64,000 bases of DNA. It comes from Raillietiella orientalis. Its lineage: Eukaryota. Shown here one piece after another: positions 12,301-24,655 of the stretch (position 1 is the first letter of the stretch; each line of letters opens with the position of its first letter). Location of the stretch: contig JAYWIR010000030.1 of assembly GCA_036172245.1 (NCBI GenBank), positions 1,240,001 to 1,304,000 on the forward strand. The letters are read 5' to 3'. The notes under the pieces were generated by a model, which did no database searches, was not told the origin of the DNA, and was given only the letters and a program-made list of their open reading frames with translations. The position numbers were made by a program, and so were the translations under genes.

Positions 12301-15299
12301 ATGGATCCTGAAAGCGGATGGATGAATCGATTGAATGGTGGACCTTAGGAGAACAGCCACACGCGGTGCAAGAACGAAAACCCAATTTGATTCTGATTGG
12401 ATGCTACGAAACACAGACTCTTTAATGCTGATGTAGAAAGATTCATCTCTGACGTTGAGGGTTAGCAGCTGACGTCACGAGGATGCTGCGAAACGTTTCT
12501 GGTAATCGATTTCTTATTCCCCCCCCCCCTTCTTCCAAATCTTTCCACTTTCCGCGGCGAGTCCTTAAACTCCGCAATCTATCCGGAATGTGAGTACTTT
12601 GCTTCTTGTAGAGAGCTACAGAATCCAATCAAATGTACTTTGACGGAGAAAAGAAGGGAAAAAACGGAAGCAAATAAAGCTGGATCCTGGAAGATGGCTT
12701 CTGGTTACTTGAGAAACATCAGCAACGCTATCTGCTTTCTTCTCGTGATCCTTTTCTCCCCTTTTCTTAAAAAAAAAAAAAAAAAAAAAAACTTCCTTTC
12801 AAAATCCGATAAGCTCCCGGAAGAAAAGAATCTGAGGAGAAGACTTCATAATTGAAACGTTTACATGGAAGATCCAGGCCAAGCTGCAGAATCCTTGTCC
12901 TCCTTTTTCCACCTGTTCAGAAGTACCAAATAAGTACCAAATGCACCGGCGTTCCGTTACGGACGAGCAGTTGTTTATCTATCTAAAGACACAACGCTAA
13001 GCACACTTTATTGATTTTCACGCAACGGTACCCTGGTGTATTATATTTTCTACATCGTACGTACACGTGTGGGTGGCACGTGCTGCCCGGCACATATCCC
13101 CAGTGAGGGGTGTCCCGTCCTTCGCAGCACGCAGGCGCACTGCACTCCTGAAAATTGATCGCGTACCATCCGGTGCGCCCAGCGCGCGGCTGTGTGTCCG
13201 CGAAATGCACGCCGCGCGCTTCCATCACGTGCGCGAAGCACGCTGCGGGCACACGGTGCTCGCACAGCTGGGCAGTGCCCCGTGCGCGCGGCCCATCGCA
13301 TCTCCAGCGAGGCTTTGCACTGCCCGTGCGTACCCGGACCCGCACCCGCGGGACGCATCCCTCCGAGCTGCGCGGAAACCCGCCGCGCACCAGGCAACAG
13401 ATCTTCCTTTGCAGGCGGCACGCGTTTCCAGGGAGCACAGGGAACATCCCCTGGCTTGAGGTGAGGAGGCTCAAACGTTCGCTCACGCTCAGCTTGCGAG
13501 CCGGGCGCGAGGTAGGCAAGGAGATGTGCGCCTCCGCATCCGATGCGAGCTGGAGATGCAGGAGCGGCGAGGGTGGATTCTCCCTCTCCTTGAACGCTCG
13601 CCTCCATGACTCGCTCCCCCATTGGACTGCCCTGCCAGCGAGGTGCTCCACTGGGGAAAAACCCGCTCGAAATTCCGCTCGGAAGCACTTCCGACAGGCT
13701 CCCCATCTGGAAGACTCCCGCGAACTCGCACGTGTTCTTTGAATCCGCCTGTCGTGGATCGCGAGCGCAGACGAACCACGAGAGGGAGATGCTGCCAGGA
13801 TCCGTGGGTCGGCATGCCGGAGCCGTGGGGGCAGGCGTGGGGGGGGAAGGTGGAAAGCGGGGAGCCTTCCTCGTTCGGGTGCAAGTGCGCGCGTGGATCT
13901 TCGCGTCATCTTTCCGCTGGCAGATTAACGCGCGGCTCTTCTCCCACCGCACGCGCACGCGAATCGCGACGGTAGACGGAGCATCCTTTTCCGCGTTCTT
14001 CTCCAACGCACCGGATGCCCAGGGGGGCTTCTCGAAAAGGTCGAAAGACCCCATCAATCGCGGTGGGGCTGCCTCAGCATGCGCCGCCTCCCCTTTCTCG
14101 TCCGTTTGCTTCTTTCCCTCCCTGTTTGCCTGTTCCTCTCGAGGAGGTTCGCTGTTCCCTCCGTTTGGCCGCGATCGCGTCTCCCCCTCTCTCGCTTCTC
14201 CCCAGGGAACATCAAGGAGGAAAGGGCCTGTCGCTGTGGAAGCGGAGACAAGGCCTTCCCCTCCTCCCGCTCCCTTCCCCCAAAGCTTTTCGCGCGGCCT
14301 CGGAGGCGGAACGCTTAAAAGGGGTCCGCCGTTGCCAGCGAAGAATCTCCACCCTGGTCCAGCGCTGCACCCGCCCTCTGCCGGGATGGAAACGCCGTTG
14401 GCGCGCACACTCGTTCCGCGCGTATCTCCTGTGCGCACTCGAACGCGCATGCGCTTCTCTGCTCCCGAGTGCTCCAAGCGCCCCTGCATTGTGACTGAAG
14501 GCGGCTCAGAGCGGCGCCATGCTGCTGACGCCAAACTTCCAGGACGATCTGCCCATGAGCACAGACACTCGAGGATGCACCATACCAGTCCTCCTGTTCA
14601 CTGTCCCTTCCCCTGCCCTTATTCGATTGCCCCCATTATCTGACCTTCAATCATCCTTTGCGGAGGAGCCGTTTGCCGCCGTTGCTGGACGCTAGTCGCG
14701 CACTTGGGTGCCTCTTGCATTTCCGCTGCCATTTAGCCTCCCAGGAACGCCCCCGTGACCCCACATTCCTTCCCAGCACCTGACCAGCAGCGAGACGAAG
14801 ATGAGGCTGCTCTTGGGAGTTGCAAGGGACCCTAGCGGCCACCGGGAAGCATCCGGGTGCAGCATCCGGACCGGCGCATCGAAAAGCCAAAAAAGGGAAT
14901 CCCGGAAGGAAACAACTGAGCGGAGACTCGACTAGTAGGAAGGGTAAAAGGGGTAGAAAAGAGAAGGATGCTCGCTGAGGTCACTCCTTCCTGCCGCGCG
15001 CGAACGCAGTTAGCTGCAGGAGGCCCATGAACTCCACTGCAGCAAAGAGAGAGTGTGTGGGGGGGGGGGGGGAGAGCTCCATCTTCCATCGAACCTGCCC
15101 ATTTTGCTCTCCTATTTCATTCCTTTTTCCATCCAAAGAAGAGAACGATTGCGCTAAATGCTGCGTGGCCATCTGTTTCCGGAGCTCCTGGAGCGCGAAC
15201 TGGGCTGAGGTCTTTTCCTGAAAGATGCCCTCTCTTGGAGGCAGTGGAAGCAGTCAGCCTTTCGAGTCTCCGAAGAAAGACCAAAAGTCTCTCCGGAGA

Positions 15300-16500
15300 T
15301 GGCCTGTCCCCGGCAGTTACTAGGAGAGACTGCTCTTCGTCCTCTTGGTAACAGAAGTCTTCGTCACTTCCTCTTTCGATGCTGAAGCCCGTTCTGCTAA
15401 AGCATGAGGATTCTGCCTGTGAATCTCCTCAGAGACAGGAGCACCTACCCTGCATTAATGGAGGATTCCCGACCTGACTTGTGGGGAGGCTGGAAAAAGT
15501 ATATTCGTGAGATCAGCCGCTCTCGGCGCTTCCATATCCGCAGCCGAGAGCTTCCGGCTGCACAGATCTTAACAGGTTTAAGATGGATGGAATGAGTGAG
15601 TGGTGATGCTAGTAGAGCCACCAATCTCGCCGATCAATCTCGCCACCAATCAAAGGGCAGCTTGCTCTCCTTCTTAGCTAGTTGGGGCAGCGACCTTCCT
15701 TTGCGCCCACTCTTCCTTTGTTTTCCCTCCACGATGCCTACCGCCCCTCTGGTGTTGTTATTCCTGGATGATGTGACTGCCTTTCTGAGCGAGCACGTTG
15801 CCTGGAGAACGCCGTCAGAACATCGAGATGCGGTCGGTGTACCCAAGCGGAGTCGCGCCTCGTCAGACGGCGGTAGGAGCGTTTCCAGGACAAGTCGACA
15901 TCCCTTGAAAGTATTGCCGCTGTCACAACTCCCGCAAGTCTCTTCTTCATGGACCGGAAAAAAAAAAAAGGAAAACAACTTTGTATCAGCGCGAGCGTTT
16001 TCTCAGATGGAGATCGACAAGAAGACACGACACGCAAAAGTCCGGATGAGGAGAAAGTTACGATAATCTCCAGGGTGGGAAATGGTCATCTTCGGTGAGC
16101 ATTTTCGCCTCGGAGCGCTCGAAGAGTCAGTTCTCAGGAGGCAAGCATCACGGAATTCGGGATATTCCCTTAGGCGAAGGGCAGTTTGACGATGTCAGAA
16201 GAAAGTGAAAGTACCGCTTGACTGAATCATCATTTTGTGGCCAGGGGACCTGACGAATGCGAAGCAAGCAAAGTGCAGCCTCTGCTGTAATCCCTAGATG
16301 GATCCTCTGATGCGAATTGCGGAATTTCAAGCGATGGGATGGACGAAGGCCATCCTGAATAATCCTGATGGCCGCAACTTGCTCTGAAAGGTCCAATTTC
16401 AAGATTGGGAAGTGCGGCTGTCGGCACGAAGAAGTGCGGTGCTTTCGAAAAGCATCGCTTCCATCAGCCAGCAACGTCTGCGACTGGAGACCACGCGAGA
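15300..16500 (-). mobile_element. Possible decayed Penelope-like RT relic
   Basis: 'PHFPILKLDLSEQVAAIRII' (P.lpK.hK..vp.RpI-like) and downstream 'LETLLPPSD..LGTP..DGVLQATCSLRKAV' appear in PLE order. Weak. Confidence 0.25.
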
Positions 16501-17639
16501 CCTTTCTTTCGCAAGAAAAACGCCCAAAAAGGGGTCCTCAAAGAAATCGTAGTAGGGCGTTTCTTTCACTTACCATCTAAAGTAACCATTCCATGCCAGC
16601 TCCTATTCTCCATGCTGTCCCTCTGATCCCACGTTTTCCTTTCAGTCCTGTGGGCACGCAAAAGCCTCTCGTCGCCTTGGCTGCGATTCCGATCCGTTCG
16701 TATATCAGAAAGGAGGCATCGCAAGCCATCTTCTGCTGAGCATCCTCAACGCTTCAATTGCTCATCTTCTCAGCAGAACGGAGTGGAACTCCCCACCGAC
16801 TGATGGCTGCATCGCAACCGTGAAGCCACCCTTGCCTGCAGCCGGAAGCAGCAGCGGCACGATCCAACCGGCCTATTGGGTTAGCTGGAATGTCTGCATT
16901 ATTGCAACCCAAATAGGGAATCCATGAGGCGGCGTGTTCCACGTGACTCACTCTTGCTCGCCCAACGCAGTGACAACGGCCCTTCCCCTGCCGCTACTCT
17001 GACCATCACACGCGAAGCAAGAACAAACGCACTGAAACTGAAGCCACTCCTACTACTATGTACATTCTATAAGCAACTCTGAATAAAGTACATAATACGG
17101 ACTAAATAGGACTCGACGCAGAGAAGCGTCTGCTAATCCCGTAAGCATGAGGCCATCTCACCCACCGATAGGTTTCAATGGAGCTGACCTATCGGATGTC
17201 CGCAGTCCTTAATTAAGGACGCTGCCGCTATTAGATTAGAAACCAGGGTCCTGATTTTCTCGAAGGCCATCTCATGCTCCCTCGTTTTCAAAAGTGGATC
17301 CTCAGAATGCAAAGATGCGGCTCCGGCTTCAAGGATGGCAATGAAAATCACCGGTTCTTCCTCCTGCGAAACCTCTCAATCAGATTTTCCCCCTTTACGA
17401 CCCTCGCTGGAGTCTGCCCTTGCCAATCCCCCCTTTTCCATATTCATCATGTTCATCTCGGCAATCCATCTTACTCCAGGAGGCATTGGTCCGGCTGCCA
17501 CGTGAAACGAATGGATCTGCTGGACACGTTTGTCCAGTGCACATGGGCGGGCGCTTCGATGAGCACACAGAGGTTGACAGACGCACGCATGCAGTTGTGC
17601 GGCATTGGCAACAGCGGGAGGAATTCTGTTAAGGTGATT

Positions 17640-20600
17640 TTTTTTTCCTAACCAGTCCCTAGCAACCGCTGGATCAAGAGACGTCTGCAGGAGACCGAGT
17701 TGCTTAGTGATGCCACGCTCTTGTTTCCTCGCACTCATTCCTCTTACGAAAACAGAATTTCCACACAATTCCCGAGTTTTCAGTACGAAACCAAGGAGGA
17801 TTCTCAGTACTGACCAAGGAGTAGGGTCTTCAAAAGAATATGGCGGTGGTGGGTGACCGAAAAACCTCACTGACGGTGATCCAAAGATTGGAGATCGTTT
17901 TGGATCCACGTTTGCTGTTTTTCTCGGGAGAAAGACTTGAAAAGGGACTGAATTTGGGCAGGAGGAAGAGGGAAGGAAGGGAGGAAAAAGGAGGAGGATG
18001 AAGGGGGAGGAGAAGAAGGAAGGGAGCGGGAAGGGAGAAGGAAAAGGAAGAAGGGGAAAAGAGGAGGAGGAGGCAGGGAGGAGAGGGAAAACACGAGAAG
18101 GAGGACACTTCTTCTTCGCTGCTGCTGCTGCTGCTGCTGCTCCTCCGCCACTTCCCGAGATGAGACCCAAATAACTGGGAGCAAGGTCGCAGGAAGATAA
18201 GAACGGGCAAAGAAAGGGATTCCATCCAATATGGCCGGCGTCCGAGCTTTCTTCCCTGGCGTTGACCCATCCCTCAGGAGTCTGAAGAAACGGGACAGAA
18301 TGTGCAGGTCGTTACGATGATAAGGCGCAGAGTGACCTTCGAACGGATCCACTTGCCCTTCCGGAGTTCGTTTTCCTGGTGGGGGTTGCTGCCATTCCGC
18401 TTGCGCTTCGCTCGAGATCGCCTCCGGGAAAAAGGCACCCTGTGTGAGGGGGACGCGTGAGGCTTTCAAGCCTCTTTTGATGCTTCGCGGAAAGACCGCA
18501 CCACTTTAGTCCATACGCCGTTTCTCCGAGGCGAAGCCTTCATGGCCTGAAGAAACAGGAATTTGACTTCGTGACTCCGGAAATGCAATCCTCATGCAAA
18601 AAGTCGATTTGCCCGAAGTCCCTCTTGCCGCGCGGGAGAGAGCGTGCTCCTGGCGCCTGGAAGAACCCATGCGGGGTCAGAGACTGGCCAGGAGACGGGT
18701 CACTCGTCTTCAGAAGTGATCAGAAAAGCAGCTTCCCCTACTCCCCAGATGCAGACCACCAGCTTTGGACGTCAGATCTTTCCTCCCCCCCTTTACTACG
18801 GAAGTCCTGCCTCACCTGACCACCCGAGCTTGCTTCAGGCAACTCCGGAATGGCAATGCAGACGGCAGCAGGTCGAGGGTAGACGGGGAGGTCCGAACGC
18901 ACGGAAAACGTGATTGTGGAGCGAAGGGACTCGATCCGAGGGATTTATGGGTTCCCTGAACCTACCGCTAGGGCTCACTCCGTCGGGGAAGACGCGAAAG
19001 AAAGGATCGTCACGAACTGCAGGGGGATTGTGGACCGCGCTGCACCCTCTCCCAAGGACTCCATCTCTCTCCTTCCGCTCTGGAAGAACCTCATTCTTTC
19101 CGGATTTCCGCAACGCATATCGCAACTCTCTCCCCTTCAGGGTCGTGCCCTGTGCGCGTGCTCCCGGGTTGCAGAGATAACTGAGCGCACGAGCGCGCTT
19201 CGTTTGTCTTCCTCCTTCGTCCAGGGGCTTCCCTCTGATCCCTGATTGGCCCGCTCTTCACCTAGCACGGATCGTTCGTAATCCCGATAATTGCTCACTG
19301 CCTCTCAGCCTGCGACCTATTCTCCCCCTCTCCCCCCACGAAGACCTTCCCCCCACGGCCGTCCTTTCGAGGTTCAGGAGAGAGACGCCCAGAAATCCGT
19401 TTTCCAGGAGCCTCCAGGGAGCAGGGGGGGGGGAGTCCCGAGTCCGACTCGAGAAGGCACCGGGTATCGGTGGGAAGGGAGGTCTTTGATGTGCTCGCCT
19501 TTTCAGATGATCTGACCCGAGCTAGCACCGAAAACCGGAGGCGCCCCCAATTTCGGGAACCGCACCCCTGGCAACGTCAATCGTGCCAGAGGCCGATTTG
19601 GGGAGTTCTGGGACGCCTCCGGATCTGGAATGAGGCAGCGTCCCTCACGAACGTCTTCAAAGATGTAGGCAGGAAGGGCACTAAAGGCGACCCAAAGTCA
19701 GACCCCCTGGGAAGCGCCCTCGATATGACCTCGGCCCCTCTTCCCCCCCGGCTGCACACTGCAGCAGCCGGAGATGCCTACAAAGCCTCGACGGAGCCGC
19801 TCCTGACAGCGCCGGCTCTGCCCTGGAGGAGGAGCCTCAGGGATCCGTGAGGATGTGGGATCTGCCCAGGGAGAGACGCTCCTCCAGGCGGGCCTATTCG
19901 TGGTCCAGCAGCTTCGAGCTTCCGCGCCTTGGCTTCTGGGCGATTTCTCCTTGCGTCTCTGAGCGCCTTCGTGGTTCAGGGTTTCGAAGCAATTCTTTTT
20001 GCTGCTGGGGACCTTTCCCGCCGAGCCGCCCCCTCCCCTTCATCCTCCGTCTGATTGGATCTCCAGCAAGGATGCCGTTCGTTGGCGGGAGAGCTCTGTT
20101 TTCGCGCATTCTCTCAGCCCTGGACGGACCAAACCGGAAGAAAGATCCTTTTCTGGGGTCTCGGGGGGAAGGAGAGCTGGAAGGACGAAGGAGAAGGAAG
20201 GGGTTATCCTGGCAAGCTCGGTGCTGGGAGGCTTCAGAGCGGGATCGGCGCACCTAGTCTTCCAGCTTTGCGTGCCGCGGAGGTGGCTGGGGGGGGGGGG
20301 AGGGCGAGGGGGACAGAAGGTTTGTTTCCCCCCCGCAGCAGCGCCTCCTCAGAGTGGTCCCTCCCCACTGGAGAGGAAGGAAGGGAGGGTTCACGTCGCT
20401 GAAGGGCTCCTGCCAGCCCTTCAGCGACGTGAACCCTCAGTGCTGGCAGGAGCCCTATCTGGATGCGGGAGCCTGCGCAAAGATGCTTGCCTGCTGATTG
20501 CAGGAAGCTGCGGGTGATCCCACGCAGAAGCGAATGCCCGTCATGCGCTCGGCGGAAGCGCGGCGTTTCCTGCAGACATTCCGCGGTTCCCATGCTCCGG

Positions 20601-21500
20601 TTTTGGCCGTTCCAGACATCCAGCTGCGGGAGCGAAACCACTCCTGGGTGAAGGCGGGACCAGTGCTGAGACCTCGTCGTGGCGAGCCCACCTATCAGGC
20701 TTGGCCCCATCCCCGAGGAGATCCGAAAAGCTCCGAAAGGGAGGAGGGGAGGAGGGTCCTGGAAATCTGGAAGAATTCTGGAAAAGAGTTGTTCCTCGGA
20801 ACGAGATGAGAGAGGCCGCCCCCGTTTCAGCTGTCAGCCAGCACGCATGCCGGCACCAGCGGGCTTCTTGCCTTCGGAAATTCTCCGCGGCCTTTGTGAG
20901 AAGGTACCGGAGGATTGCCTTGCCTGGACCACTCTGGTAAGCCGAACCCTCTACGTGGATGGATCGAGCGCCGAATGATGATGAGAGGTTCATCGAATTC
21001 CACGATCTATGGAGTCGAAAGGTCCCGGCGGCCCGGAACAGATCGCTCCCCGGCATTCCTCTCTTGCTTCGTCTGCGTGTTTCTGGATCCGGAGGAAAAG
21101 AGTCAGGGAACATCTGGAAGGGTGCGGAGTAAGAAAACAGAAAGCCCGCAGGCAGCGAGCGAGCCCAGACGCTTCAAAGGACCTCGCCCCTTCGCTCTCC
21201 CTGTGTGACTCTTTCGAGCAGCTGCATCCTCCATGAGAAGGCCATAGTGGACGAAGGCCCTCAGAGCTGCTCCTTCGCTCAGAGCACCTGGCGCGCTTCA
21301 CTGGCGACTCCCCCCTCCTCCTCTTCCTCTCTCAACTGCCCTTTTCTGGTGCCACCGACGTGTGACTCCGGAAGCAAACTCGTCTTCTCTCGCTTCTGGT
21401 CGTCTTTCACTGCTGCAGCTGCGCTCACCTGCTGGCTGGTTTGGGTCTCTCTCTCGGTGCTCCTTTCAAAGTATCCTCTCCCTAGAGGTGAGCTCCCCAA
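17640..21500 (-). mobile_element. Internally deleted, decayed L1/Tx1-like LINE (ORF1, APE endonuclease, RT start, pyrimidine-rich 3' UTR, A-tail)
   Basis: Minus-strand order: degenerate zinc knuckle (~20480), 'GSDFG' (GGDFN-like, ~19700), 'GGSWKTD' (~19410), pre-RT and RT1-2 motifs (18600-19000). A purine tract on + at 17940-18110 and a T-run at 17638-17647 give the 3' UTR and A-tail on -. Confidence 0.5.
20385..20456. repeat. Interlocked perfect inverted repeats (24 bp and 15 bp)
   Basis: 20385-20408 is the exact reverse complement of 20415-20438, and 20403-20417 is the exact reverse complement of 20442-20456. Confidence 0.95.
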
Positions 21501-21599
21501 CTTTTTCCTATCCCTCTAGGGCGACCGGATGAAGGGTAGCAGAGTTTCCTCAGAGCGCAGACGCGTGAGAAAGGTGCACCGAAGATGGACGCGCCCCCG

Positions 21600-23390
21600 A
21601 GTCGAGCCTGCCCAACGGGGTCAATGCCTATGCTAGCATACTCCTACGGCCCATGGCTTCCGGGAAGACGGATCGCGGAGGAGGGCGCAGGGGAGCGGCA
21701 GGGGAAATTCGAAAGGGCGATTCTGCTCACCTCGTCCGGAAGAGGGGGAAGAGAAAACTTCCTCGCCCACCCCCACCTCTCGGGTGGAGAGGGGAGGAGC
21801 AGCTTCTTGTTTGCCCTCCACTCCCACCTCATGAGGCAGTTTGCAGCATCCTGGTATAACGCCCTCTGGAGCCGAGTGAAGGTGGCGGACCCCTTTCCCG
21901 AGACGAGACCCAAATAACTGGGAGTAAGCCGAGAAGACCCCCTGTGTTGGCACCGGGGCAGCGAGGAGAGGTCGCCAACGTTACTTCTCACAAGCGCTTG
22001 ACGAGTCGCGATCTCCGCGGAGACCCATAGCCTTGACGACCCCTCCTGCCTCGCGTTTCCTCCTCCGGCAGACTCCCGGGGAGCTTCTTGTGGTGCATCC
22101 CTGCATTTTTCCTTCACCCCCTCACCCCTTATTTTCATCTGGTGCACTCAGGGGGATGAGGAAAATTTCAGGAATCTGCAGGGAACCGGCCTTGCTTAGT
22201 AGAGATGGTCGGCTTGGGTGGAGAAGAGTCGGTCTTAAGAGACTGCGACAAAGTGCAGGCCGGTCCACAGAAGGTGGAAGTGCACAGTGGGTGCAGGGGC
22301 GAAAGACGGACCGAACCGCTTAGTACCTGGTTCGCTCCCGCCTTCCTCCTCGAGGTCCGGAGAGGACGCAACGACGGGAAAGCCATGCTCTTCGCATCCC
22401 AGTTTCTGCTGATTGCGTCGAGATGGGTCCACCCGAGTACGCATAAGGAAGAGCTCGCTGGCATCATGTATAGGATGACGCAGAGGGCCCTATGGAGAGG
22501 AATGTGACCCCTCCTCCCTCTTTCCCACCAGACATGGAAACCATCCTTTTTGTTTTCATTTTTTTGCTTTTTTTCCCTTTTCCTTTTCGTCCCTCATTCC
22601 CTTTCGTTCCCGTTGTTGACCTTCAGACCAGCACCCTTCAGGAATTGCTCAGCTCGGTGGCTACCCAGTCTGAGTGCCTATCGATTCATTTTTATAGCAC
22701 ATGAACAACCCGTCGCGATGGTGGAAATGCCCCTCCTCAACATCATCATCGGCATCAGCAGTAGCATCGTTGAAGTCATCACCGCTTTTTATCACCCCAC
22801 TGCGTCATCAATCTCCACCAGCTCCACCGCCATCACCGCGATGATTGATAGCAAATCTTCAGCCACCGTTATTGCCACCACCCATCATGGTCGTCGTCAT
22901 CACCGCCATCATCCCCATCTCAGGAGAGCTGGCGCCTGTCGCGGAGGGAGGAATCAGGAGCTGTCGTCCTCCGAGGCGAACGACCAGAGAGGCCTTGGGA
23001 CCTAGATGATCCCCCCCGATTCCCCCACTTCGAACGGGTAGGAAATACGGCTTTTCTAGACGCCTGGATTTCCACGGGCTTCCGCCAGCGGGCCCATTCC
23101 GGCGAGCATAGCCGGACCGCTGCGGGAGGGGCGGAACGCCCTACTGTGTAGCCATCGTCAGACCCTGCGGAAGATGGTGGCTGCCTCGGGCGGTGGGGCG
23201 GCTGACCTGTCAGTCCGAATCCGCTGGGGCGCGTGGATTTTTCCTGTCGAGGCAGCTGCATCGAGCTGAGCGCAAAGTCCACGCCCAGCATTCGTGGCAG
23301 AGCCCACCAGGTTACAGCGAGTGGAACGAAGGACGAGGACATCGGTGGTTGCAGTGGACCTTCCAGTGGGATCCCTCGAGGTCTCATGCG
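21600..23390 (-). mobile_element. L1/Tx1-like ORF2 fragments
   Basis: ttcccgagaYgagacccaaataactgggag is shared with ~18150. 22740-23130 aligns with the pre-RT/RT1 region at 33940-34220. Confidence 0.5.
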
Positions 23391-23605
23391 TAGGACCCTA
23401 GGAGGGCGTCCCCTTTGGGAGCGTTCCAGTCTCTGGGGTAATAAAAAAGCAAAACAATTTCTTTCTCCAGACCCGAATTTTCCCTTCGGTCGTCTTCAGC
23501 GGGCGCATTCCCTACCCACCTCCTGCTGAATCAGCAAACTGCGCGCATCGAGGATCCGGCCACTACCTTAAAAAGGGAACCCAAAAATTTCCTCTAAAAA
23601 TAGTT

Positions 23606-23756
23606 GCCGCTTTGGAGGACGAGTGGCTGTGGTCACCGCGTGTGGTGAGGAGCGTCGCGGGTTCGAATCCTCACGTGAAGGGTCGGCACCGAGAAGGGGT
23701 TTCAAGTTCCACCCGCAAGATGGCGCTGGTTGACCCATTCGGGTGCGGTGCACTGG
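23606..23756 (+). repeat. tRNA-like (Pol III A/B box) terminal segment of repeat X, locus A
   Basis: A-box-like GGACGAGTGG and perfect B-box GGTTCGAATCC at 23660-23670. Homologous to 48373-48538 (+) and 44704-44865 (-). No complete cloverleaf. Confidence 0.7.
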
Positions 23757-24655
23757 CTGACACCTGGTCACGCCACAGAGTTTTTTTATAATAAATAAAC
23801 TTACAAGTCTGTAGCAGGACGTTTGATCCTGCCACGTTACTTATAACTACGGGAAGGAACCTGCAGGGATCTGACATGCAGGCCAGTGGGGTTCGCCTCG
23901 GCAGCACAGGGGAAGGGGAGACAAACAAAAAGAAAAAAAAATAAAACAAAAAACATACAGTCAAAAAAATGGAGTGGTTCGGGAAGGGATCACTGTGTGC
24001 TGGAAAGCGTCCTTGCATCCTTGTAAGAATGCCGGCAAGTTCCTGTTTTATGGCTCCTAGATGGGGCCATCTTGACTCTGCCCTCATAAAGAGGACAGCC
24101 AAATAGATGGCGTCCCTGTCGTTCTGGCCTCTTCTGGAGTTGCTCCATGCAGCGACGGTCCCGCCATGTAGGCAGCAAAGTGCTGCTAGGGATGCCACCT
24201 GCCGTCGTGAGGGGATTGCTCAGGAAGAGACACTTCGAAACATCTCTGGCATTGCCGCCTGGGGTTCCAAGGGTCGCAGCAAAGCGTTCTCAAAGGAGAT
24301 GAAGGGCAACGCAGTCCACCGCCCCTGCACCCCGTGTTCAGTGTTGCCGGCGGACATTGCACGGGAAACCCAAGTGCAGCAGCATCAATGCCGACTCCTG
24401 CCACTTTAAGGGGTGGGCGAGGGTGGTTCATGAGAACCGAAGGCCATTGCAGATTTTCTTCCGGAATACGCAGTAGCACGCCCCAGAGCAAAAGTCCACG
24501 AGGTCAACCAATCATGGTCACAGCGTCGTTGAGCTAACTCGTCGTCCATTCGCCCAGTTCTTTCCTCCATCCGGAGGTTTCCATAGCAATCTCCTCCCAT
24601 CTAGCCCTAAGGCTGCTGCCCATGTGTTGCCCAAGGGAGGGCAGCGCGGCAGCGA
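23757..24655 (-). mobile_element. Tx1-like family Y, 5'-truncated copy A (ORF2 C-terminus plus 3' UTR)
   Basis: Closely colinear with 48539-49470. Contains the ORF2 C-terminal region, a T-rich 3' UTR and a structured terminus. Confidence 0.8.

Noticed and set aside
13050..14643. Long overlapping ORFs (494, 345 and 308 aa)
   Set aside because: Ala/Arg/Pro/Gly-rich and open in several frames on both strands with no domain motif; expected from high GC content.
23606..23680. Functional tRNA gene (also at 48373-48445)
   Set aside because: A/B boxes are present, but there is no acceptor or anticodon stem pairing and the sequence is part of a diverged repeat.
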